From assembly GCF_009914755.1 (NCBI RefSeq), contig NC_060925.1: a stretch of DNA of 64,000 bases; one strand, 5' to 3'. Under the pieces are notes generated by a model. It was given only the letters and a program-made list of their open reading frames with translations. It searched no databases and was not told where the DNA came from. Made by a program: the position numbers and the translations under genes. This DNA is from the human T2T-CHM13v2.0 reference genome, Homo sapiens. This document shows, one piece after another, positions 44,030 through 56,400 of the stretch. Position 1 is the stretch's first letter. Every line of letters begins with the position of its first letter.

Positions 44030-46357
44030 TTTTTAAAATAGACTTTTTTTAAAGAACGATTTCAGGTTCACAGCAAATTTGAGGAGAAAGTACAGAAAGT
44101 TTTTAAATACCTTCCCCCTGTCACACACCCACAGCTTCTCTCCACCCACGTCAACATCCTGCACCAGTGGTACATTCGTTACAAATAATGAGCCAACATT
44201 GACACATCACTATCACCCAAAGTCTATAGTTTACATTGGGGTTAACTCTTAGGGTTGTGCATCCACTGAGTTTTGACATATGTATAATGATATATATCTA
44301 CCATTACAGTACTATACAAAATCAACCCACTGCCCTAAAAATCCTCTGTGTTCTGCCTGTTCATCCCATCCTCTCCCCAACCATTGGGAACCAGTGATCT
44401 TTAAACTATCTCCATAGTTTTGCCTCTCTCAGACCGGTTTCTTTCACTTAGCAATATGTTTTCAATTTCCTTCATGTCTTTTTGCAGCTTGATAGCTCAT
44501 TTTATCACTGAACGGAATATTCTTTTGTATGGATGTACCACAGTATGTTTATTCATTCAGCTACTGAAGGACATCTTGGCAATCATGAAAAAAGTTCCTA
44601 TAAACATTTGTGTGCAGATTTTTGTGGGGACTTAAGTTTTGAACTCATCCAGGTAAATATCAAGGAGCATGACTGATGGGTTGCATGGTAACAGTATGAT
44701 TAATTTTGTAAGGAACTCAAACTGTCTACCAAAGTGCTGTACCATTTTGCATTCCCACCAGCAATGAATGAGAGACTTCTTGCTGTTCCACATCCTGCCA
44801 GCATTTGATGTTGTCAGCGTTTGGGATTTTATTCATTCTAGTAGGTGTATAGCAATACATCTTTTTTGTCTTAATTTGGAATTCCCTAATGATGTATGAT
44901 GTGGAGCATCTTTTCATGTGCTGATTTACCATCTGTATATCATCTCTATTGATATGTTTGTTCAGCTGTTTTGCCAATTTTTTAATTGGGATCATTTTCT
45001 TATTGTTGAGTTCTAATTATTCTTATTTTTTATTACAGTTCTTAATCATGTATATGATTTGACATATTTTCTATTGGTCTGTAGCTTTTCTTCCCATTGT
45101 TTTAACAGTGTCTTTTGTAGAGCAGAAGTTATTAATCTTAACGAAGTCCAATACCAATTTTTACTTTCATGGATCATGCCTTTGATGTTGTATCTAAAAT
45201 GTCATTTACAAACCCAAGGTCACCTAGGTTTTCTCCTTTTTATCTTCTAAGAGTTTTATAGTTTTGCATTTTATATTTAGGTCTATGATCTATTTTGAGT
45301 TAATTTTTGTGAAAGGTGTAAGGTCTGTATCTATGTATCCAGCTTCTTTTCTTTTTTTCTCTCTTTCTTTCTTTTTTTTTTTTGTGATTGGATGTCTAGT
45401 TGTTCTAGCACCATTTGTTGAAAAGGTGATCTTTTCTCCATTAGATTTCTTTTGCTCCTTTGTCAAAGATCACTTGACTCTATGTGTGGGTCTATCTTGG
45501 CCTCTCTATTCTGTTCCATTAATCTATTTGTCTGCTCTTTCACCAATACCACACTGTCTTGATTACTGTAACTATAGTAAGTCTTGAAGTTGGGCAATAT
45601 CAGTCCTCAGACTTTGTTCTTCTCCTTTAATATTGTGTTGGCTATTATGGGTCTTTTGCCTTTTCATATAAACTTGAGAATCAGTTTGTGATATTCACAA
45701 AATAACCTCCTGGGATTCTGATTGGAATTACTTTGAATCTATAGATGAAGTTGGGAAGAACTGACATCTTAACAATATTAAATTTTTCCATCCATGAACA
45801 TAAAATATCTCTCTATTTATTTAGTTCTTTGATTTCTTTCATCACAGTTTTGTAGTTTTTCTCATATAGATATTGTACATATTTATTAGATTTGTACCTA
45901 AATATTTCATTTGAGTGGTGTGCTAATATAAATAGTATTGTGGTTTTAATTTCAAATTCCCATTGTTCGTTGCTAGTATATAGAAAAGCAGTTGACTTTT
46001 GTACATTAATTTTGTATCCTTCAATCTTACCATAATTGCTTATTAGTAACAGGAGAGTTTTTTTGTCAATTGAAATTTTTCTACATCAACAGTCATGTCA
46101 GCTGCAAAGACAGTTTTCTTTTACCTTTTCCTTCACAATACGTATACTTTTAATTTCCTTTTCTTGTCTAATTTCATTAGCTGGGACTTTCAGTATGATG
46201 CTGAAAAGGATTGCTGAGTAGAGACATACTTGCCCTGTTCCTTATTTTAACAGGAAAGCTTCTAGTTTCTCACCATTAAGCATGGTGTTAGCTGTACGCT
46301 TTTGTAAATGTTCTTTTTCAAGTTGAGAAAGTTCCCCTCTATTCATAGTTTGCTGCT
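44030..46357 (-). mobile_element. L1MC-like 3' region
   Basis: Antisense 3' UTR (TTCAGGTTCACAGCAAATTTGAG...AAAGTACAGA) and ORF2 remnants (HMKRCSTSYIIREFQIK). Confidence 0.85.
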
Positions 46358-46690
46358 ATACAATATGATTTTAATATAAAAAAAGCAGTACATAAAGTAG
46401 TGTGTACAATTTCATTCCGATTTTTGTGACAACTGTATTTTGCGTTGGAAAAAAGCCTGGAAGAGAATACGTTCATAATTGAAAGTCGTCATTTTTGGCT
46501 GGATAATGGATATTTTCTTCTCCACATACTTCTATCTTTTCTAAATTTGCCCCGATGAAAAATAATATTAGGAAAGGTGATTAGGTAGTCTGAAGAGAAT
46601 GCCTTTCGGCCGTCGGGGGCAGTGGGGTGGTAAGGAAAAAGATGAGAAGCTTTTAAAATGGAAATCTATGAAGAGAGAACTGATTTCGTA

Positions 46691-46701
46691 ATTGCATCAT
46701 C
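46691..46701 (-). promoter_or_regulatory. Candidate C/EBP-ATF (AARE/CARE) element
   Basis: ATTGCATCATC, i.e. TGATGCAAT on the minus strand, in non-repeat proximal promoter. Confidence 0.4.
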
Positions 46702-46782
46702 AGTGGGAAAGTAAGCTCTCTGAGGACCAGGTCTGACTGAGAGATCCCCACAGCGTAATAGATAATACATTTTGTGTCTCAG

Positions 46783-46798
46783 CGTTGCCTATGAAACG
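46783..46798. promoter_or_regulatory. Candidate RFX X-box
   Basis: CGTTGCCTATGAAACG, imperfect palindrome of the GTTGCC-NN-RGYAAC type. Confidence 0.4.
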
Positions 46799-46866
46799 CC
46801 ATTTATTCACTTGGCATGCTGAGCATGGAACCAGGTTTCTTTCTTTCCAAGTAGTTTTGCTAATTT

Positions 46867-46892
46867 AGAGAAAGAGAGAGACAGACATATAC

Positions 46893-46936
<44 letters not shown>

Positions 46937-46950
46937 TGAGAGAGAGAGAG
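46867..46950. repeat. (AG)n microsatellite; core (AG)20-TGTG-(AG)6
   Basis: Counted over 46895-46950. Confidence 0.95.
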
Positions 46951-47530
46951 AAAAGTACTGAACTGGGAGCGGCAGGGTTTGAGTCAAAAGAGAAGGGTGG
47001 AGGAGCGCGTCCGGTGCCCCAAGGCTTCCAGGCGGAGCGCGGGCGCGAGGTGCGGGCTCCGGGGCGGAGCGCACGCCCGGGAGGCGGGAAGTGGGCAGCA
47101 GCGCCCCCGCCTGGCCCCTGTGCGCCCCGACCCGACGCCTCCCCGCCCGACCAGGTGCCTCGAGAGCGCACAGCTGGGAGGGCTCTCCCGGTCGCGGCGA
47201 GACTCACGCCTGCGGTGTGCTAGGGCGGCGGCGACGGTGACGGGCGTGGGGCGCGGCGCTGCCTCGGCTGCCGGGTCGTTGCGGCGAGCGCGCGGGCCGG
47301 CCTGGAGTCACCGGGCTGAACCGCCGCGCCTGCATCGTGCCGCACGCCGCGGAGGCGCTCGGGTACAGACCGCGCGGGCGCGCACAAAGCGGCCCGGGGC
47401 GGCCGGCGCGGCGCAGACCCTCGGTGGGCAGCGCACTCCAGTCTTCCCAGGCTAGCGGCTGCAGGGAGCTCCGGCCCGCGGCCCCTCCGCCTCAAGTCTG
47501 GGAGCTGCCGGTCCCACTCTGTCTTTGCCT

Positions 47531-47583
47531 ATGGGGATTCGAGAGTTTCCCAGCGGCGCACCCAGGGGCAAGAGCATTGCCGT
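47531..47583 (+). CDS. SLC35F3: SLC35F3 long isoform, coding part of exon 1 (MGIREFPSGAPRGKSIA + GT)
   Basis: ATG at 47531, in-frame TAG upstream at 47453, donor GTGAGT at 47584; peptide recognised as the SLC35F3 N-terminus; phase matches exon 2. Confidence 0.9.
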
Positions 47584-47981
47584 GTGAGTAGCGCCCCGGG
47601 CGTGGGTGAGCGAGCCGGCGGGCGGGAGGCCGGAGCGCCGGGGTAGCCCTTTGCAGCTGGGACACTGGGCAGTCTGAGGCTCGGGGAAGGGCGGCGCGCG
47701 CGGTGGAGCTGCTCGGGAAGTTTCAGTCATTCTTTCCCTCGCCACTCGCCCCAACCCGCACTGCCCCGAGACGCCCAGGATAGGGCACTGGGGACAGCTG
47801 CCCGGGGAAGTGGGTGAGTGGCGGCGGGAAGGGAGCAGCGCGGGCTCTGCCGCGGCGCTCGCCCCCGGAGGGCCCCGGCCGCGCTCTTGCTCTCGCCCTG
47901 GGATCTGCTCCTCACGAATCCCCTCCTCTCTGTCCATGCTCCCCCTGCCCACCCACCTGCCCGTGGCGCCTGCGACCGCAG

Positions 47982-48211
47982 TGGCATGAGGAGGTCACCG
48001 GACGTCAGCCCCCGGAGACTGTCCGACATCAGCCCCCAGCTCCGGCAGCTCAAGTACTTGGTGGTGGACGAGGCGATTAAGGAGGATCTGAAATGGTCGC
48101 GCTCCGTGGAGGATCTCACCAGCGGGCCGGTGGGGCTCACGTCCATCGAGGAGCGGATCCTGCGCATCACTGGCTACTATGGCTACCAGCCCTGGGCAGC
48201 GAGCTGCAAAA
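47982..48211 (+). CDS. SLC35F3: SLC35F3 exon 2 (GMRRSPDVSPRRLSDISPQLRQLKYLVVDEAIKEDLKWSRSVEDLTSGPVGLTSIEERILRITGYYGYQPWAASCK); solute carrier family 35 member F3, putative thiamine transporter
   Basis: Acceptor CCGCAG ending 47981, donor GTAAGA at 48212, 230 nt, frame continuous with exon 1 (GT+T = Val); peptide recognised from memory. Confidence 0.93.
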
Positions 48212-50160
48212 GTAAGACCCCCTCACGTCATGTTTCCCGTTCACTGGTCCATCTTCTTACCATTGTCACAGCAGCCTCGGGGAGCGCACGCAGTGAGGCG
48301 TCCAGCCACCCCCTCCCGCCCTGCCTGCTGATACAGACCCAGGTTTGCAACTTCGAGGAAGAGGCCCGGAGACGGAGTTCTCCTGGACCTCTGAGGCGTT
48401 CTGATGCGTTCTCTTACACCCCTTCCTCTCCCACACACAGGATCTCTCTGTATCCTTATCTCTCCACTGCCAAATACGGAGGACACTCCTATGTGGCAGA
48501 CCGTGGGAAACAGATCAGAAACTCAAAGTATCCCGGACAGTGTGGCTTCCCCGCGGATCTGAAAGTCTCACAGGGCCCTCGGTCAGGTCTCACCAGGCTC
48601 AGATGGAGATGCTGACTTACATAGCCAGGATTTTAACTCTTCCTTGCATCTCCTAGCCCTGATGATAGAGGACAATTCTTGGGGTCTTCATTTTGGATGC
48701 CGTTCACGCCCTTCTCCCCTGGATTTTATCGGTCTTCAGTAAGGAGGTTCTATAGGGATCATTCTAGATAGTGGTGTTGGTCCCTGCAAGTTGAATGTTT
48801 GGTGTCAGGTGGAGAAGCTGAAATGTTTTTCTTTCCGTGGGTCCTAGCTAATGGCTTTGAGGATGCTGTGATCAATTAGACAGACATTATCTTATGTCAC
48901 CAGGACTAATTTGGTGGACATTTCTTTTTCTCACTTTGCAAGAGAGAGGTTGATTATGATGAAATCCAGATATCTATAAATATAACCATAATTAGGTGGT
49001 CTCATCACTGTAGTTTGACATAAGAGATTGCCATTTGCCACCTCAGTCCGTATGAGAAATGGGCCTTGACGTCTTTCATTTGTAATAAAGACTAGATTAA
49101 TAGCTTGTTGATTTTGAGTTTTTTTCGACCTTTTATTGCTTAAAATTGAAACATTATTTATTGGTCTTTAAGGGGAAAACGGGCGTTTGTAATTTAATCA
49201 TATTCATCACTAAAAAAAAATGTCTATCTTTAGATTATTCCTAAAACCTGCGAGTCCAAGGCAAAGGTCAGTGGTATGCTAGCAGTTAGCTGGTTAGTTT
49301 AAAATTATTTGCAGGAAGAAACAGGATTTGAATGTTTTGTTTTCATGCAACTTGCTTTTAAAAGACTGTGTTTCATTGGGTATAAGCCTTTAAAAAAATT
49401 GTCTGTATCTCTTCCAATCTCTTGCCTCTGCTGCTAAAATTGTAGCTTATTACAAAAGGAAGACAAGGGGCCAAATTCTCTTTTTGGTTGAAAAACCCTG
49501 GGCATGGGATAACAAAAATTAAACCCCATTGGAAACCATATTTCTTATGGGCATGGATAGAACGCTCAAGTTTTACTTCTGCTTTCTAAATTTCTATTAG
49601 AAAATAGCAATTTTCTATTCTTATTTCCATTTTCTGCTTCCTTAATAACAAAAGACAGTGGTATAAATGACAGCCTTCATAAAGTCATCTCTTTGGTGCT
49701 TGAAGTCATAAAAAGGTTTTATCTTTATAAATCTATTTGTGACTGGCTGTATGTGCTTTGTGGAAGTTATCACCAAGGTTTGTGATTTGGGGGCTTGCCA
49801 GAGAGCTTACAGCAGTGATGACTGTTTGGTACAACATGTTTTGTAATTAAGACAAGAGAAGGGCCATGTGGAAATGGAGTCCCTTGCATCACTGGAGGTA
49901 ATTCTTAAATGCCTCTCTCTGAGGCTTCACTGGAAGAGTAAATAGTAGCAGGGAAGGCTACAGTGATCATTGAAATATGAATAAAATCAGCTCATTCCAC
50001 TCTCTCTATTCCTGTGAGGATTCTTCTTTATTCCAAGGTATTTCCTTGTTACTATAACGCTTTAGGTGACAACTGACATTTTGGTGAATTAATTAGGTGT
50101 AATGTTTAAATTTAGAGAAGGTAATGTTTTATTAATGTATTAATGCAGCAAAAGAGGTTG

Positions 50161-50560
<400 letters not shown>

Positions 50561-50988
50561 TAGGTATCACCTAGTTGCTTTATTTGTTGGTTGGTAATTG
50601 TACTCTATAAATGGGGAGAGATGATGGTTACAAAAAAAACAAAACAAAGACAAAAAAAAAAAATTCTCATGATCTCCAGAGTGAGTTATGGAAGCTCCAA
50701 GCTATTATGTCACCTTTCAGTCATCTTTCAAAGTGATTTATCTGTGTCCTAACTGAAGGAGTTGCCAGTGAAAGTTTCTGGATGTAAGTCATTTGCCCTT
50801 GTAGCAGAAGAAACCATTTGAATGACCCAATATTCATTTGTATCCTCTTCATTTTTAGATTTTGTTTGGGTTGTTAAGATAAATGAGGTAATTGTGAACA
50901 GTACAGAAATTACCTTTGCTCAGTATTCTCAACTCAGTCATTTGGATTCGCAAGTTTCGCTCTAGACAAGAGAATTTTGTAAAGGATT

Positions 50989-51609
<621 letters not shown>

Positions 51610-52086
51610 TAGGATTCTTTTTTAAAAATCCCAAAGGCTCCTGGGTCTGAAAGGGATGGCTTTTGTGAAACATTCAACTGAGAATTAAACTGTAAACAAG
51701 GAAGTAAGAAGGGCCCAGTTCCTCTTCTCAGTGGCAAAAGTCCTCCAAGCTCCACATTCCATGTTTTTGAACCAAACCACTTGGCAGTATTCCTGGGAAT
51801 TCTTCAAATTATCATCTGTTGAGTGGATCCAGGGCCCAGAAAGCACCTGGGCCACAGGAGGGACTCAATAAATATTTGTTGAATGAATGGATGGCTGCTG
51901 CACGAAATACTGACCTCTGGGACAGGGAGCTTTGAATATGCCTCTGTAGTGATTTGTATCATTTACCTCTTTATGCTGACTTCCTGTTATGTGGAATTGC
52001 TCTACTCTTTCCTAGTTCTTCCATCACAAGTGCTTCCTGAACCACAGACTGGACCAGAATTCTTGGTGATAAGCTTTGGTTTGGCC

Positions 52087-52283
52087 CAGGGTTTCTTGAT
52101 CTCAGCACTATTAACCCTTTGTGCTGTATAAGTATTTGTTGTAGGGAGCTGTCATGTACATTGTAGGATGTTTAGCAGTATCTCTGACCTCTGCCTATTA
52201 GATGTCAGTAGCTTACCACCCTGCCCCCTAAGTTGTAGCAACTCAGTATCCCATGGGGGGCAGCCTTTAGTTGAGACCCACTC
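52087..52283. mobile_element. MER20 hAT-Charlie element
   Basis: CAGGGTTTCTTGATCTCAGCACTATT...CATTGTAGGATGTTTAGCAG...GTTGAGACCCACT. Confidence 0.75.
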
Positions 52284-54650
52284 ATTTAGGGTAACCCCCA
52301 AATTTATGCTGCAATAGAACTCTCTTCTGTTGCCCAGTAATGCTAAACAAGCAGGCCTACCTTACAAATTCCTGACCCTCTCCTTCCTCACCTTTCTTCC
52401 TGGACCACTTTTTAGGTTTTCAGGTTGGCCAGATCGAGTAATCATCACCACTGGCAGTGCAAGTGTCTTCTGAAGATTTGAAAGAGCCTGTTCCTTCTGC
52501 AGCTGGCATGATTCCACAACCAATCATCATAAATTGACACCCTGTAGGAAGTGCTTTAGAATTCAGGAGACTCTGAACAGTTTCTTTTAATAACTTCCTT
52601 TTCTTTCCTACCTTTTGCCCCAGTAGAAGAGAAATGACTGATTAGAATATCTTCTGCTTCCTTTTCCTTTCTCATTTCTCTGGGATGGACACCAATTAGG
52701 GAGGAGATGGCTAGAGAAGGGATGAGGAGAATCAAAGACCAGGAAAAATCTGTATAGTAGACAGCCAGCCCCAGGCATCTGATAGGGTGGGACAGCTGGT
52801 GGCATTTCCATACAGGAATGATTGAAGGAACATATCTTGGAGTTTCCAGATAGAGGCTCTGCTGCAGGATGAAGGAACATCTGCGAATACTCCTTTATTT
52901 TCATTTATTCATTTAAAAAACCTTTTTTCAGCAGTCAGTGTATGTCAGAATAGAGAGAGAAGTGCTGGAAGAGGTGGCTCACTGTCCAGGTGTGCCTTCG
53001 TCTAGAAATACAGGTCAACACAAACCTGCATTAGAACACAGACATTCTAAGGGTGGGCAGGATGTTTCCCTTTCCGAAAGGTTTCCCTAAAGGATGTTTT
53101 CAAATATTGAACTCTTAAATCCTTTTCTGGGTAAAAAGTCCCCAAAACATTTTACGAATAGCTTTTTTGAAGGGGGTCATGCTTATTGCTTAACATGAAG
53201 TGCAATTATCATTTGAGTAGGTTTATACACTTTGTTGAACGTCAACTATTATTCACTACACGTTCTGGTATGTTGAGATTTAAATGCTTTTTTCCAGAAT
53301 GTGAATGGATTGAGTTTTAAGTCATTTGTAGAATGGAGAGAGGGTCAGTCTTAAAAGACCAACTGTCTCTAGCCCACTCCAGCCCGCCATTGGCAACGTG
53401 AACCTGGGACAGGAACATGCAGGTTAATGAACAAATCCCAGCTTATCTGGGTGGAGGTTTTCTAGTTCAAGCTGAAAAAATGTAGGGCACTGAATAACAC
53501 ACCTGGTGACAAGGAAATTGCATGTTTCAGGATTCTCCAGGTTTAAAAGTTGTAAAGGGTTTGTATGAGGTGAGGGGAAAGGGCTCATGGAAAGGCTGTC
53601 TTCCTAGCGTCCCTGTTAGTTCACCCTGAACTGTGAGTATATGTTGCTGGCGTAGATACCGGTGCTAAATGGAACAGTGACTTATAGTATCATTGAATTC
53701 ATGGTGAGCAACTTCTGTCTGATCCTCCTAAAATAGTAAAGGTCAGGTCAGCAATTCAAAAATGACCCACTTGTAAGAGATGTATAATTTGGTTGTAAAA
53801 GTTTATTCTAGAATGGAGCTTGGCATATGAAATATGAGATGGAGAAGATTTTAAAAGAAAAGAGTTAGAGGGCTTGAGGGGGTGGTGAGTTGAGCATTAG
53901 AGCACAGCATTTTTTATTGGGTCAGAGAATTAATTTTATTCTTAAATATGCTAACAATTTAGTAAATAGTTTCTGAGTTTTGATGTAATGAAAATGCAGA
54001 ACTATTATCTTTTAAGGAAACGAGGTGACCCCAGCTCACTTAGATCATTGCCATGGGGTTATAAACCCTTCGCATCTGCCATGGGGTTAGAAATCCCTCG
54101 TGCCTATTAATGTGCCTTTATTTTCATTTGTTCATTTAGCAAACTTTTAAAGCATTTACTATGTGCCAGAATACAGAGATAAGTGATGGGAGACACAGTC
54201 CTCACCCTAAAAGCTTTCCAACTAGAGCAGGTGAAATCTGAAGTACGCATATGGTGGTGATGGGGAAATGGCCTCACCTCCAGGGAAGTGAAGTCTTCCA
54301 GGCTTTAGGGAGACGTGGGCAAGGAGAGTTCTCCCTGCTCTTCAGAAGTCCCTCCTGGATCTCATTAAAAAGAGTCTAGTCTAGTCTAAAACTCTCCAGC
54401 TTTGAGCCTTGGTCCTTTCCTTAAGCAGCTGGAAACATTCAGGTTAGTTGCATTCAAACATAAATCCACATGCAAATGCACCATTGATGTTTGTTAAGCA
54501 TTTTACTGTAAGCTGTTAGGGATGCTCTGGCCCTGCAGCCCTGAGGGGTGTCCACTTAGTTTTTTTAATGTCTGGAGGAGCAGAGGAAATAGAATTCACA
54601 TCCCAGCTTCATAGCTATATGACAAGTTCACTGCTATGAGCCTCTAGTTT

Positions 54651-54968
54651 CGCCGTGCGCGGTGGCTCATGCCTGTAATCTCAATGCTTTGGGAGGCCAA
54701 GGCGGGTGAATCACGAGGTCAGGAGTTCAATACCAGCATGGCCAAGATGGTGAAACCCCGTCTCTACTAAAAATACAAAAATTAGACCGGCATGGTGGTG
54801 GGCACCTGTAATCCCAGCTTCTCGGGAGGCTGAGGCAGAGAATTGCTTGAATCCGGGAGGCGGAGGTTGCAGTGAGCCGAGATCGTGCCACTGCACTCCA
54901 TCCTGGGCGACAGAGTGAGACTCCATCACAAAAACAAACAAACAAAGAAACAAAAAAACAAAAAAAAC
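54651..54968 (+). mobile_element. AluS inserted in a MIR
   Basis: Full dimer with A-rich tail; MIR sequence on both sides. Confidence 0.93.
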
Positions 54969-55023
54969 GAAAAGGAGATAATAGAACTACTTTCTAGGAT
55001 TGTCGTGAAGATTAAATGAAATA

Positions 55024-55353
55024 CAGTAGTCCCGCTTTATCGGAGGGAGAATGCATTCCAGGCCCCCCAGTGGATACTGTGGATAGTACTGAACCCAATA
55101 TACACTATTTTTTCTTATATAGTAGTGAGCAGGTGGCGTAGACAGCGTGGATACGCTGGACAAAGGGATGATTCACATCCTGGGTGGGATGAAGTGGGAA
55201 GGTTCAAGATTTCATCATGCAACTCAAAATGGCACACAATTCAAAACTTGTGATATGTTTGTTTCTGGAATTTTCCTTTTAGTATTTTCAGACCATAGTT
55301 GACCAAGGATAACTGAAACCATGGGAAGCAAAACCATGGAAAAGGGAGGACTC
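55024..55353 (-). mobile_element. MER44A-like Tigger MITE
   Basis: TA-CAGTAGTCCCGCTTTATC TIR; GGATACGCTGGACAAAGGGATGATTCAC core. Confidence 0.78.
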
Positions 55354-55784
55354 TTCCAATGTCTGTACAGCTGGCATCTATTAATGCACCTTTATATCCA
55401 TTTAGCAAATCTTTTGAGCATTTACTTTGTGCCAGAATGCAGAGATTAGTGATGGCAGACACAGTCCTTGCCCTAAAAGCTTACTTACTGGAGTAGGTAA
55501 AATCTGAAGTGTTTATATGGTGTGATAAAGATCAGTTTGCAGTGCCTGGGGAGCCCTTTCTCATATCAGTGAGTTCATTCTTCAGCTGGAGGAGTCATTC
55601 ACAACAGAAATAGAGGGGAGGTTTGCATTCCAAGCAAAGGGACAACATATGCACGGGAATGTAGTCAGCTATTGCTAGACGGTAATTCCGCTTGATTAGA
55701 ACATCATGGGGCAGGAGTGTCGTGTATGAAGTTGGACTTGTGAGCAGAAACAGACTACAGTACATTACAGTACCAGTCATCTGA

Positions 55785-56070
55785 TGCCTGTCACCTTCCT
55801 CATCCAGGTCCCAGCCTAAGTGTCACCTCCTCCCAAGAGCCTTTACTGATTACAGGAGGTGCTCTTGCATCTCCTATAGTGTTGTCACTTCTTTTACATA
55901 GTCACGACTAGTTTAAGAATGTGGCTGAAGCTGTTGCAGATAGAAAGCTCTCTAGGGGCAGGGCTTGTTATTGTGTCTCCACCCCTCACTGTGGTCTTGG
56001 CACATAGAACTCTGGTGATTCTTCCACAGTGCACAGAGTATCTCGATCAATAAACATTTGTTAAATGTAC
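55785..56070 (+). mobile_element. L2 3' fragment
   Basis: GTCACCTCCTCC...TGGCACATAG...CAATAAACATTTGTTAAATG. Confidence 0.6.
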
Positions 56071-56287
56071 TTATTAAAGGCCTAAGTGGCCGTTTCCTCA
56101 GGCACATACACAAATGGCTCCTAAGTAAGCATCTACATTTCTGTAGGGTCGTCCAGAATTATCCTGCATAGAAACACTTCTAATTGCATTCCTCTGTCAA
56201 GAAATGGGACTTCTGTTGCTGGTTCTCTTCAGTCTTCACTTTAACCCTGCTAAAAACACTGACAAGTAATCGCACTCCTAGAACTTA

Positions 56288-56400
56288 CATTATCCAGTCT
56301 TATATTGGGGTGTTCTGTCCAGTTTTGGTAACTTTAAAAATGATGTGGAAAAAATGAACAGGGCCCAGGGAAATACAGAAAATGTATTGATGGAATCAAA
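56288..56400 (+). mobile_element. L3/CR1 fragment
   Basis: Frameshifted CSVQFW / FKNDVEKMNRAQ resembles CR1 ORF2 C-terminus (recalled YCVQFW...KDxEKLERVQ). Confidence 0.5.

Larger units (their letters stand above)
46960..48400. promoter_or_regulatory. SLC35F3: CpG island / TATA-less promoter and 5' end of SLC35F3
   Basis: Abrupt switch to very GC- and CpG-rich sequence; GC boxes (GGGGCGGAG at 47061); no ATG seen between about 46960 and 47530. Confidence 0.93.

Noticed and set aside
47781-47801. REST/RE1 site (TAGGGCACTGGGGACAGCTGC)
   Set aside because: The GGACAG core is present but the left half-site deviates too far from TTCAGCACC.
46860-48170. Overlapping Arg/Pro/Gly/Ala-rich ORFs on both strands
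   Set aside because: Expected from stop-codon scarcity in a CpG island; no recognisable protein.
47818-48615. 265-aa ORF as a single-exon gene
   Set aside because: It starts at a GTG inside intron 1. Only 47982-48211 is bounded by splice sites and matches SLC35F3.
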